64,000 nucleotides of DNA, from contig CAWJIE010000005.1 in assembly GCA_963842885.1 (NCBI GenBank), forward strand, positions 192,001 through 256,000, in the 5' to 3' direction. Positions 28,656 to 38,121 of this stretch are shown here, one piece after another. The position numbers and the translations under genes were made by a program. The DNA is from an uncultured Nitrososphaerota archaeon (GTDB lineage Archaea > Thermoproteota > Nitrososphaeria > Conexivisphaerales > DTJL01). The notes under the pieces are model-generated. The model was not told the origin of the DNA, ran no database searches, and saw only the letters and a list, made by a program, of their open reading frames with translations. Position 1 is the stretch's first letter, and every line of letters begins with the position of its first letter.

Positions 28656-31169
28656 TTACTTCTTCCGCTTGCCTGCCAGTTCCAGCTGATCGACGCGTTC
28701 CTTGATGAGACGGTTCTCTTCCCGAAGCTTATCGAGATCGTCTGAGAGACGCTTGAGCTCGTCATCCGACGTCCTGCTCGCTCTTAGCCGACCGATTGAT
28801 TCTCGAATCAGACGCCTCACCCTTCCGTCCAGCTCCTTTTCCGCTGCCTTCGAAAGGGCCGGTATCGCGTCGGTGGCCTTCAGCTCCGCCAGCGCAGACG
28901 CCGCGTATCCTCTGACCCTGAACCAGTAGTCGCCCAGCAGGTCCGTGAGCCGATCGGTGACTCCGACGTTGTCCCTGCCGACCTTGCCCAGGGCGACGGT
29001 GGACGCCTCCCTCACGCGGAGGTGATTCCCCAGCTTGACCTTCTCTAGCAACACGGGAACGGCCTTCGGGTCGCCGAGGCTGCCCAGACCGTCGACGCCG
29101 CCGACCTTGACGACCTCCTGCCATGACGGCCTCTCCATGCCCTTGACGATGAACTCGTATGCTTTCTCCGACTTCGTCTTGCCGATGCTGCGCAGGCATT
29201 CGGCCTCGACAAAGTAGCTCGGGTCTCCCTTTGCGAAGAGAGATAACAACGCATCGGCTGCCTCCTCCTTCTTGAACTGCCCGAGGGCGGAGACCACTGC
29301 CCGCCTCACCTTAGGATGGCTGACGGAGAGGCTTTCGATCAGAGCCTTCAGGGAGGACTCGTTCCCGATTTCACCCAACGCCTTTGCCGCCTCAGCCTGC
29401 ACACCCCAGAAGGGGTCGCTGGTCAGGGCCTTCTTGAGAGCCTCCACCGCGTCAGGCGAGGCATCCTTCGCCAGACCCTTCGCGGCCTGGATCCGGCCAG
29501 GCACGGTGTCGGACGACAGCTGGGCCAGCATCATCTCCCTCGGCCGGGCATATTCGATGGTCTTCAGGACCTCGAACTTGGGGTCCACGGAGACGTAGAG
29601 CGGCCTTCCGGCCAAATGCAGGGCTATGCTCTGGTCCTTGGAGTTAATGACGCTGCACGTCTCCTCCGCGGAGCCCTGATACTGGACCTTGACCCTCAAC
29701 CTAAAGTTGAATGCGTCCTCAGCCTGCTTCTGGACGACCCTCAGCACGGCCAGGTCTTCAGCCTTGGATTCATAGTTCACAGACAGGTCGGGGTGACCGG
29801 GTCGACCCGTCCACTGGGCGAAGAAGGCGTCCAGGTTTATTCCGGAGGCCTTCTCGAAAGCGGCCCTCAGATCGGAGGTCTCCACGTTCTTGAAAGCGTT
29901 GTCCTTGACGTAGAGTTGGATTCCTCGCCAGAAGGTCTCCTGACCCACCATCGACCTGAGCATATGAAGCACGACGGAGCCCTTCTCGTAGAGGTGCCTG
30001 TCGAAGAGCTCTGAGGCCGTCTCGAAGACGTTCGTGACTATCGGGCGCGCGTAGCGGTCCAGCTCGCCCAGGTAGATGTCCTGGTTCTGAAGCATCTCGA
30101 ACAGGTATTCGTCGTCCCCCTTGCTGAACTGCGTGTACAGGGCCTCGCAGAAGGTCGCGAACCCCTCGTTGAGCCATGCATGCTTCCAGTATCGGCAGGT
30201 GAGGAGGTCGCCGAACCACATGTGAGCCAGCTCGTGCGACACAAGAGGCACGCTCGAGAAGTCCAGATGGGCTCTTTCGTCGTGCAAGGTCGTGTCTGTC
30301 AGCGTAGTGGCGGAGGTGTTCTCCATCCCTCCGAAGATGTATTCGCTGACGCAGGTCTGGGCATACTTGTCCCAGGGATAGGGCATCCCCGTCTTCTCGG
30401 CCAAGAACTCCACCATCTTGGGGGTCTCCGAGAAGCTGCGCTTGGCATCATCTTCTCTACCCTTGGGTACGTAATAGAGGAGCGGGATTCCATTCGCCTC
30501 ATCCTTCAGCTCCACGAATTCGCCGGCCACGAGGGTGATCAGGTAGATGGAATGAGGCTTGTCCTGGACATAGTGGTAGGTCTTCAGACCCTTGGCGGCG
30601 TCCTCCTTCACTTCAGCCAGCTTCCCGTTGGAGATGACGGTGAAGCCCGCCGGGACGGTGGCCAGGACCTCGCTTGTGGCCTTCTGTGCGGGCGTGTCGA
30701 TGCATGGGAACCAATAATGGCTGTCTTCGTCCTCCCCCTGTGTCCAGAGCTGGACGGGCCTGCTGGGGTAGTCCTTGTCGGGCTTCCTGAAGTACAAGCC
30801 CTTCCGTGGCTTTCCGCCGTATTCCACGGCGATTTCGATCGTTGAGCCGTACGACACTTCGTCCGGGAGCTCGGCCACGACCTTGCCGTCCTCGCTGTGA
30901 AAGAGCAGGAGCCCCTTGTCCTTCAGGCTTATCGACTTCACCTTGAGGTCCGCCATGTCGAGGGATACCGATTCCACCCTGTCGGCTAGGGCCTTGAGGC
31001 TCAGGGTCGCGGTGCACTCGATGCTCTGCTGCTCGAAATCGGGGACCACGCTCAAGACGATGTGCTCAAGGTTCAGAGGCCGGTCAGGCGTAAAATGCGG
31101 CTTGGAGAAGGGAGTAGCGAAGGGCTTCAGGGCGGAACTGGCGCACTTTTCACCGTAATATGAATCCAT
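28656..31169 (-). CDS. pepN: M1 family aminopeptidase with C-terminal HEAT-like repeats and coiled coil
   Basis: GGMEN, HELAHMWFGD..WLNEGFAT, YEKG, repeated AAKALG/AVVSALG units. An alternative start lies at 31211. Confidence 0.92.
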   Translation of the reverse strand: MDSYYGEKCASSALKPFATPFSKPHFTPDRPLNLEHIVLSVVPDFEQQSIECTATLSLKALADRVESVSLDMADLKVKSISLKDKGLLLFHSEDGKVVAELPDEVSYGSTIEIAVEYGGKPRKGLYFRKPDKDYPSRPVQLWTQGEDEDSHYWFPCIDTPAQKATSEVLATVPAGFTVISNGKLAEVKEDAAKGLKTYHYVQDKPHSIYLITLVAGEFVELKDEANGIPLLYYVPKGREDDAKRSFSETPKMVEFLAEKTGMPYPWDKYAQTCVSEYIFGGMENTSATTLTDTTLHDERAHLDFSSVPLVSHELAHMWFGDLLTCRYWKHAWLNEGFATFCEALYTQFSKGDDEYLFEMLQNQDIYLGELDRYARPIVTNVFETASELFDRHLYEKGSVVLHMLRSMVGQETFWRGIQLYVKDNAFKNVETSDLRAAFEKASGINLDAFFAQWTGRPGHPDLSVNYESKAEDLAVLRVVQKQAEDAFNFRLRVKVQYQGSAEETCSVINSKDQSIALHLAGRPLYVSVDPKFEVLKTIEYARPREMMLAQLSSDTVPGRIQAAKGLAKDASPDAVEALKKALTSDPFWGVQAEAAKALGEIGNESSLKALIESLSVSHPKVRRAVVSALGQFKKEEAADALLSLFAKGDPSYFVEAECLRSIGKTKSEKAYEFIVKGMERPSWQEVVKVGGVDGLGSLGDPKAVPVLLEKVKLGNHLRVREASTVALGKVGRDNVGVTDRLTDLLGDYWFRVRGYAASALAELKATDAIPALSKAAEKELDGRVRRLIRESIGRLRASRTSDDELKRLSDDLDKLREENRLIKERVDQLELAGKRKK

Positions 31170-31236
31170 GTCATGCAGGCACCTTTGGATGACGATATCT
31201 TGGGAATCCATGAGACGACTATAAAAGGAAACTGGG

Positions 31237-31608
31237 CTACGGCGTCAGGTTCTGCTTGACATATCGCTCGTACTCCTCCCAGATGGACTCCTCGACCTTC
31301 TGGAAGTAGAGCCTGGTGGCGAAGGGCATCCCCTGGAGGTTCTTCTCGATGGCCTCCACGACGAACGGGACCGCGCGCTTGGAAGCCTTGAAGTTGTACT
31401 TAATGGGGAGGAGGTCGTCCTGAATGACCTCGATCGTGTCCTTCAGGTTCGCGGGGGCCAGCTCACGGGCGTCATGCTCGACCTTCTCGTACCAAGTCTT
31501 GATGATCTCCGGGTCCAGGCCGGAGCGTAGGTCCTCAATCATCTTGGCGTATTTGGAGATCGTGCCCATCGACATGAGGTCGTCGCCCGGCTCGGGCTTG
31601 TCACTCAT
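31237..31608 (-). CDS. Conserved hypothetical protein
   Basis: Globular-looking 123-aa ORF (SKRAVPFVVEAIEKNLQGMPFATRLYFQKV). No function assigned. Confidence 0.65.
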   Translation of the reverse strand: MSDKPEPGDDLMSMGTISKYAKMIEDLRSGLDPEIIKTWYEKVEHDARELAPANLKDTIEVIQDDLLPIKYNFKASKRAVPFVVEAIEKNLQGMPFATRLYFQKVEESIWEEYERYVKQNLTP

Positions 31609-31725
31609 CCCGATGCCGGAGAGGGCCTTCCGAGAAGAAATAGAGATAGCGTCAATTAAGTCGACCTGCGGCTGAAAAGTAGTTGTCCGTCCGGCGGGTT
31701 GGCTCGGCCCCTCCTGTCGCCTCAA

Positions 31726-32196
31726 TCAGAGGTCTAGGAGGAACCTGAGGGTGTATCTCCCGTCCTTCCTCGTGATCGACATTTCGTGGTAGGTGATGGC
31801 CTTGACGTCTCGCTTGAAGACGTGGCGTTTCGCATCCACGGACTCGCCGTGGAGGGTGCCTCGAAGGGAGAGGCCGTTGTGTGTTGTCTTGATCCTTACA
31901 TGCGACGACCTGAAGATCTCCTGGTCTATGTCCTTCTTCACGAGGACCGCCTCCAGCCAGTTGTAGAGAAGGCTCTCCTCGTCGAAGCCTTCTGCGACGA
32001 CCTCTCTCGTCAGTGGAGTAGGAGAGACCCTGCGCAAGTCGACCATCACAGCGGTCATCGCGGACGCGGCGTTGGAGAAGGCATCCTCCAAGGTCCGGCC
32101 GTAGCTCTGGACGAGGGCGTCGGACATGTAGTCCAGAAGACGGAACTTCCGGAAGGATGTTCTGGTCCGCAAACGCCTCAGCTTCCCCTTACACAT
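31726..32196 (-). CDS. Archease (RtcB activator)
   Basis: DALVQSYGRTLEDAF, LLYNWLE, DVKAITYHEM, FLLDL C-terminus. Confidence 0.92.
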   Translation of the reverse strand: MCKGKLRRLRTRTSFRKFRLLDYMSDALVQSYGRTLEDAFSNAASAMTAVMVDLRRVSPTPLTREVVAEGFDEESLLYNWLEAVLVKKDIDQEIFRSSHVRIKTTHNGLSLRGTLHGESVDAKRHVFKRDVKAITYHEMSITRKDGRYTLRFLLDL

Positions 32197-32286
32197 GGTT
32201 GGACTGGAGCCCTTAAAGAGTTGGGATGGGCGACCGCGAAACGTTTTAAAGGAAACCGCACATCATGCCCACAACGACCTGTTCTA

Positions 32287-32409
32287 GCCGGGGTAGCGAA
32301 GTGGATTAACGCGCGGGCCTTGAGGCCGAAGGCGGAGCTCCGTCTGCCGGTCGGAATGAAAGCCCGTGGCCCTTCATGGGCCGCGAGGGTTCGAATCCCT
32401 CTCCCGGCG
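32287..32409 (+). tRNA. tRNA-Ser(TGA) with an intron of about 36 nt in the anticodon loop
   Basis: Acceptor GCCGGGG/TCCCGGC+G73, anticodon stem CGGGC/GCCCG, long variable arm GGCCC-TTCAT-GGGCC, T arm GAGGG-TTCGAAT-CCCTC. Confidence 0.88.
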
Positions 32410-32489
32410 CTTCTTGCGAGTTCAGCTCTTTCCATACCCGTTTCCACACTACGAATGCATGGAATTTGGTCATCGGAGGCCTGAAGCCA

Positions 32490-33539
32490 TCAGGACACAA
32501 GAGGCGTTTCCACGTTGGTGTTCCACCAGGGCTTGGACCAAGCTTTGTCGACGACGGGAAGGGCAGAAAGGATCCACCGCCCCATCTCCTGCACGTGCGA
32601 CATCTGATGTCCGTTGAGGCCCTTGGTCTTCATCCAGTCCTCTCCCGAAACGAGGTTCTCCAGGTTCAGCCGGGTAGTGAGAAGCAGCTTCTGGTCGTCC
32701 AGCGCCCGCCTTAGCCTTTCGATGTCCAACCGGCCGTCTCCTCCGTCAATAAGGAGAGCGGAGACGTCCAGCATGTCCTTCTCCTCCATACCGAGGATGG
32801 CCCTGTCCTTCCTGTAAGGTGGATAACGGAGGATCCGGCAGGCGGCGCTCGCCGGAAGGCTGACGACCTTGGGGTCGTATTCGTTGATCAGCTGACATTT
32901 GGATATGATGAGTTTCTCCATCCCAATGGTGTGGAGGTTCCTCTCAGAAAGGGCGAACTCCGCCTGCACGTTGATGCGGTGGCGCATCTCAATCTTGTCG
33001 ACAAGTATGTCAACCACGCTGGGCGAGGGCTGTCCGTCCTCGCCCCAGTCGATGCCCCTTGCTCTGTACCTTTCGCCTGCCCGCAGGGCGTTGAACCTCC
33101 TGTCGTTCGACGTAAGGAAGTGCATGTACTCGGAGCCAGCGACGGTCTCCAGATAAGAGAGTACCTGCACGAACTTCCCGGCCTGACTCTTGGGCAGGAT
33201 GAAGTCAAGGTCGTGGATCTTACGGTTCATGGCGCCTCCCACTTCGTTGGCGCTGGCGCTCAGGACCTTGACGGCGGCGCCGCCCATCAGAAGAGGCTGT
33301 AGGGGGGAGTCCAGCTTCCTTCCGTTCTGGGTGTTCCTGAACGTCGAGGGTGCCGTGGTCGCGGCCCAGAGGGCCACGACGGCCCTGCGCATCACCGTCG
33401 GCTTGAGGTCCACGTAGGAGGGGATCTTCAGGTCCTCGCGCAGCCTCTCGACGTCGACGTTGCTGCGGGGCTGCCTTTCGGCTTCGAACGTCTCTCCGCC
33501 CGGCCCAAAGTAGACGCGAACCCTTTCTGGTGAGGTCAA
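32490..33539 (-). CDS. Uncharacterised Pol-beta-superfamily nucleotidyltransferase
   Basis: hhGGxAV (LLMGGAAV), HDLDF and a third acidic strand VDILVD. TTG start about 35 nt after a TATATG box. Confidence 0.72.
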   Translation of the reverse strand: MTSPERVRVYFGPGGETFEAERQPRSNVDVERLREDLKIPSYVDLKPTVMRRAVVALWAATTAPSTFRNTQNGRKLDSPLQPLLMGGAAVKVLSASANEVGGAMNRKIHDLDFILPKSQAGKFVQVLSYLETVAGSEYMHFLTSNDRRFNALRAGERYRARGIDWGEDGQPSPSVVDILVDKIEMRHRINVQAEFALSERNLHTIGMEKLIISKCQLINEYDPKVVSLPASAACRILRYPPYRKDRAILGMEEKDMLDVSALLIDGGDGRLDIERLRRALDDQKLLLTTRLNLENLVSGEDWMKTKGLNGHQMSHVQEMGRWILSALPVVDKAWSKPWWNTNVETPLVS

Positions 33540-33809
33540 GGCAGCCTTACATTGTGCCCTGTGCGATGCGAGCATATATGTGGGTTGCTGGCGGGTTCGG
33601 CTTGCGCACCCACGCAATCAACGGTGGAACAGTGCTTCCGTCACACCATTCGGCCCATACCGGATGAGTCGCCAGAGGACAACTCGTGGCTGGTTCGCAG
33701 CTCCTGAGCTGAGCGTCGCCAGTCGACATGGAACAGATGTTTTCTGGCTCGGCCTGCAAGATGTTCCCCCCCATAAAGGCTTAAATTGGCGCGGAGACGA
33801 CACCATGTT

Positions 33810-35405
33810 ATGACCGAACAAGAACGGTCATCCGTTTTCGTCAGAGAAAGCACAGGTCTAGTCAAGAACGTATCAATGTTCGACGCAATAGCTCTAAACG
33901 TAAGCAACATGTCTGCCGGAGCGGCCCTTGCGACCATCGGCTTCACGATGGTAGCCCTTCCTTCTTCCGTATCTGGCGTCAACCTAGTGGGTGCCTCACT
34001 CATAGCGTTCATCCTATCCATACCCGAAATAGTCGTCTACACTATGATGACGAGGAGGGTTTCACGCACAGGAGGGGACTACATCTGGGTGTCGAGGACG
34101 TACGGCGGCCTCTTCGGAAGCGCACTGTCGTTCATGGGCTACACCGTCGAAACCATGGCATATCTTGCCCTAATCGCCCTTTCCGCAATATTCGCAATCG
34201 GTTCCGTTGGCCTATTCTTCTACCCGTCTAGCTCCTTCTCCTTGGGCCTCGCACTGCCCGGAGATCTCGCCGGTTCGACGCCATACGTACAGCTCGTGGT
34301 GGGGGCGCTGATATTCGCCGTCCTGATAGGAATCAACATTTTCAAACCCAAGTACGGCTACAGGCTCGTCTCCGTCCTCGCTCTCGTGGGCGTGGTCGCG
34401 ATGGTGGTGGGGATACTCGCCCTCGTCAGCGCCGGCCAGACCGGCGTCGCGAACTACATGAACGGACTCTCCAGCGCCGTCGGCGACTCTTCGATCAACT
34501 ACACCTCTGTAGCGTCTAGTTACACGGGCTCCACCTTCAACTGGGCCGGATCACTGTTCCTTCTGCCATTCTTCGCAATCTTCGTCTACCCATGGCTCAA
34601 CGCCGGCCCCGCCGTCGCGTCTGAAATCAAGGGAACCCGCGGAATCAAGTGGAACGTCCCTATCGCCTCATTCTTGGTGATGATACTCGTCACCACTGCC
34701 TTCGGCGCGATGTACTACGCAGGCGGCTTCCAGTTCGTGACGGCCGCCCTTTCGAACCCGACGCTGGTATACGACTACTCGTTCAACTTCTGGACCCTCG
34801 CCATGGGTGCGGTGAACAACACCTACGTGGCCTGGTTCCTGGGCATCGGTTGGGTCCTGTGGACCCTGGCCGTGCTCGCATACGGAATCATCGTCACTTC
34901 AAGGTACATCTTCGCGCAGGCGTTCGACAGGTTCCTCCCTGAGAGGTTGGCCACAATCAGTCCCAGGTACGGCTCTCCCGTCGTTACGCTCCTCTTGGAG
35001 TTGGTGGTTACGGTAGGCTTGGTCGCGGCAGGCGCGGTGCTCTACGGAGGCTTCCAGTCGCTCTACGCGGCGGTAATCGCTTCGATGATCTACTTCTTCT
35101 TCGTCGGAATCGCAGCTGTCATCCACGCATTCAGGAACGAGAAGGGGACTTCGAAGGGCATTCTGTCGCTATCTGGAGGGCTGATGGCCGTCGTATTCGC
35201 ATTCATCGTTTACCAGTTCCTCACCAACCCCACGATATGGGGCACATCGGCAACAGCGTTGGGCATGCCGGGCTACGACTTCGCGTACATCTACGTCATC
35301 GTATCTTTCGTGCTGGGCATAGTGATATACCTGACATCGAAGAGCTACCACAAGAGCAAGGGCATCAACATAGACTTAGCTTATAAAGAGATTCCGCCAG
35401 ACTGA
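33810..35405 (+). CDS. APC-superfamily amino acid/polyamine permease
   Basis: VFVRESTGLVK, RTGGDYIWVSR, ASEIK, SRYIFAQAFDRFLP, about 14 TM helices, C-terminal EIPPD. Confidence 0.92.
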   Translation: MTEQERSSVFVRESTGLVKNVSMFDAIALNVSNMSAGAALATIGFTMVALPSSVSGVNLVGASLIAFILSIPEIVVYTMMTRRVSRTGGDYIWVSRTYGGLFGSALSFMGYTVETMAYLALIALSAIFAIGSVGLFFYPSSSFSLGLALPGDLAGSTPYVQLVVGALIFAVLIGINIFKPKYGYRLVSVLALVGVVAMVVGILALVSAGQTGVANYMNGLSSAVGDSSINYTSVASSYTGSTFNWAGSLFLLPFFAIFVYPWLNAGPAVASEIKGTRGIKWNVPIASFLVMILVTTAFGAMYYAGGFQFVTAALSNPTLVYDYSFNFWTLAMGAVNNTYVAWFLGIGWVLWTLAVLAYGIIVTSRYIFAQAFDRFLPERLATISPRYGSPVVTLLLELVVTVGLVAAGAVLYGGFQSLYAAVIASMIYFFFVGIAAVIHAFRNEKGTSKGILSLSGGLMAVVFAFIVYQFLTNPTIWGTSATALGMPGYDFAYIYVIVSFVLGIVIYLTSKSYHKSKGINIDLAYKEIPPD

Positions 35406-35411
35406 GACCCT

Positions 35412-36362
35412 GTGAAGACACGCATCTTTTTTGCCAGCGATGTACACGGCTCGGAGAGCTGCTTCAGGAAGTTCATCAACGCCGCAAAGTTCTACGATGC
35501 GAACGCGCTCATACTGGGCGGAGACATCACCGGCAAGGCACTCGTGCCCATCCTCGAGCGGCCTGACGGGAGGTTCCGCCTCTCCTTCGAGGGTGAAGAG
35601 GTCGTCGTCAAGAAGGAGGAGCTCCCCACCTACATCAAGACGCTTAGGAACAGCGGCCGCTATTACTTCATGGCGACGGAGGCCGAGGTCGCGGAGCTGG
35701 AGAAGGACAAGGCCAAGGTGGACGCGCTGTTCCTGGAGAGCATGAAGGAGGTACTTCGGTCCTGGGTCTCGTTAGCCCAAGAGAGGCTCAAGGGTACAGG
35801 GGTCAAGTGCTACATCTCCCCCGGCAACGACGATCGGCTGGAGCTGGACGAGCTGCTGCAGGACTCGGAGAACGTGATCAACCCGGAGGCCAGGGTGGTA
35901 GAGCTCGAGAGCGGGAACGAGATGATCACCCTGGGCTACGCGAACCCGACCCCCTGGAACTCCCCTCGAGAGGTTCCGGAGGATGAGCTGTTCAAGATGA
36001 TAGACGGAGTTGCGAGCCAGCTGAAGGAACCGTCGAAGAGTATATTCAATCTTCACGTTCCCCCGTATGGTACCGAGCTCGACAAGGCCCCGGCCGTGAA
36101 CTCGGAGCTGAAGTACACGCGGGAGAGGCTCGGTCAGGTCAAGATGACCAACTGCGGGAGCACAGCCGTACGAAAGTCAATCGAGAAGTACCAACCCATG
36201 CTAGGACTTCACGGCCACGTCCATGAGGCAAGGGGTTTCATACGGATCGGCCAGACCCTGTGCATAAGCCCAGGCAGCGACTACGTGGCGGGGACGCTCA
36301 AGGGCGCCATCATAGACCTTCAGGACGGCGCGATAAAGGAATACATGCTCACCAGCGGGTAA
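35412..36362 (+). CDS. Calcineurin-like metallophosphoesterase (COG2129-like)
   Basis: SDVHG, GGDITGK, PGNDD, HVPP, LHGHVHE. Confidence 0.92.
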   Translation: MKTRIFFASDVHGSESCFRKFINAAKFYDANALILGGDITGKALVPILERPDGRFRLSFEGEEVVVKKEELPTYIKTLRNSGRYYFMATEAEVAELEKDKAKVDALFLESMKEVLRSWVSLAQERLKGTGVKCYISPGNDDRLELDELLQDSENVINPEARVVELESGNEMITLGYANPTPWNSPREVPEDELFKMIDGVASQLKEPSKSIFNLHVPPYGTELDKAPAVNSELKYTRERLGQVKMTNCGSTAVRKSIEKYQPMLGLHGHVHEARGFIRIGQTLCISPGSDYVAGTLKGAIIDLQDGAIKEYMLTSG

Positions 36363-36536
36363 GCCTCTCGGCGTTCGAGTCCGAATTTGTCCTTCAGAGG
36401 GTGTCCAGAATAGAGTCTGCGGCTGGCCTGGCCCCGCCTCTTCTCCTCGGCGATGAGCGACCCAGGCCCATGGGGCTGAGCCCGTAGAGGACCTTCGTGC
36501 CAGCTGGCTCAGACGACTTTACAGTCGACGCCCAGA

Positions 36537-37136
36537 TTACGGCAGGACCGCCAGGGCCAGTGAGACCAGGAAGGGCACCAGGAGCGTTATGATCACGCCG
36601 TGGAGGAAGCTCAGTGCTCCCACCTCGTTCCCTCCGACCGCCGAGATGACCGTCAGGGTGGTGTCCATAGTAGTCGCCCCGCCCAGAGATATCGAGCTCC
36701 GGCTGCCGAGCTTCCGTCTGAACAGCGGGTATGCGAAGAAGGTGAAAAGCTCCCTGAAGAAGTTGGAAAGGAACCCCGTAGCTCCAGCCAAGGCGCCGAG
36801 AGAAGCAGTGACCAAAGGGCCGTCGAGGGTGTACCAGCCCATCCCCAGGGAGGCGGCCAGGGCGCCCTTCAGACCCAGCGACGGAACGAAGGAAAACGCC
36901 AGCCCCGCCAGAAGGCTGCCGACGACCGTGCCTGCCGAAAGCAGCATTGCGTCCTTCCCGAGAGACGAGACGGTCTTCCTGTCGAGGCCTGCTCCGACGT
37001 CCACGGAGACGATGAAGACGAACGCCATCAGGAGGAGGTCGACCAGCGGAGACACCTCGCCGGCCGTTACACCATTCAGGTCGACGGACGACAAAATGAG
37101 GCCTGCAAGAAGGGAGCCGACCAGGAGGGCCGGCAT
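36537..37136 (-). CDS. LysO/DUF340 exporter, C-terminal subunit
   Basis: GMGWYTL, NFFRE, GGATTMDTTL, HG. Confidence 0.85.
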   Translation of the reverse strand: MPALLVGSLLAGLILSSVDLNGVTAGEVSPLVDLLLMAFVFIVSVDVGAGLDRKTVSSLGKDAMLLSAGTVVGSLLAGLAFSFVPSLGLKGALAASLGMGWYTLDGPLVTASLGALAGATGFLSNFFRELFTFFAYPLFRRKLGSRSSISLGGATTMDTTLTVISAVGGNEVGALSFLHGVIITLLVPFLVSLALAVLP

Positions 37137-37150
37137 CGCCAGCTGTTTCT

Positions 37151-37420
37151 TCAGTCTCTCCTCCTCCCGCGGATGAGAAAGGTGACGACTGCTCCGGCGA
37201 CGGCCGCCGTCAATCCGAGCAGCAGAGAAGTGCCGGCCGCTTCGGGAAGTATCTGGAAGAGCGTCCCCCTCCCGAGGCCGATGCTCAGGCCCATCGAAAA
37301 GAGGAGGGCCGAGGCGGCGACTGCCGAAACCGGCCAGAGGTGTGGCTTCAGTCTCCGCATCCTGAGAATCTGGCCGAAAAGGATGCCGATGACGAAGACC
37401 GCTAGGACTTCCTCGAGCAT
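37151..37420 (-). CDS. LysO/DUF340 exporter, small N-terminal subunit
   Basis: Three TM helices with LLFSMGLSIG. Co-oriented upstream of the C-terminal part. Confidence 0.75.
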   Translation of the reverse strand: MLEEVLAVFVIGILFGQILRMRRLKPHLWPVSAVAASALLFSMGLSIGLGRGTLFQILPEAAGTSLLLGLTAAVAGAVVTFLIRGRRRD

Positions 37421-37491
37421 AAGACTCCTGACCTGCGGTGCAGCCGCCTAATTTGCGTTGCCACGGCTGGCTCCATCGGAGGGCATCGTGC

Positions 37492-37959
37492 TCAGATCTT
37501 CTTCTTCAGGTAGGACACCGTATGGTCCTCCCTGAACCCCACTCGCCTCATGAAGTCGAGGGCCTTGAAGTTGCGAGTCTCGACTTCGCAGATGACGTTC
37601 CTGGCACCCCTCTCCCTCAACCTCCGTTCCAGCTCCTTGTAGAGCTTCAGGGCCACCCCCCTCTTCTGGTATCTCTTAGACACGGCTATCCATAGGAAAT
37701 ACCCGGTGGACCATGAGGAGCCGGTGCGCTTCAATACTCCGCCGAGGACGAATCCCACGACCCGCTCGTTAAAGAGGGCCACGAGACAGAGATCCTGGTT
37801 GTCAACGAAACGGGCGAGCAGCTCATCCTCCGTCCAAAGCCTTTTAGAATAGGAGATCTCGCTCGTGAACATGGCCTTCCCCAGCCTCCAGACGAACCCC
37901 AGATCATCTATGGCCATGGCCCGCACGGCCACGAGGTCGGCTGTCCTTCGTTTCAACAC
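37492..37959 (-). CDS. GNAT N-acetyltransferase
   Basis: IAVSKRYQKRGVA motif A and NFKALDFMRRVGF. Confidence 0.88.
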   Translation of the reverse strand: MLKRRTADLVAVRAMAIDDLGFVWRLGKAMFTSEISYSKRLWTEDELLARFVDNQDLCLVALFNERVVGFVLGGVLKRTGSSWSTGYFLWIAVSKRYQKRGVALKLYKELERRLRERGARNVICEVETRNFKALDFMRRVGFREDHTVSYLKKKI

Positions 37960-38121
37960 CCCGAATCAGGTTCATAGCGTATTTAGGCTTTAGCCAACGC
38001 TGGGGGGGGGAGGGTCGACAAGGTCACCAGTAAATGGACGACACTCTCCACAGACCGGTTCATTCTCCAGAGGTCGCCGCGAGTGGCGCGGACCTGTGCG
38101 GGCTCTCTCCCACAGACGAGT

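Noticed and set aside
32287-32409. tRNA-Sec or tRNA-Leu assignment
   Set aside because: A 7-bp acceptor with G73 and anticodon TGA in either splice register indicates Ser.
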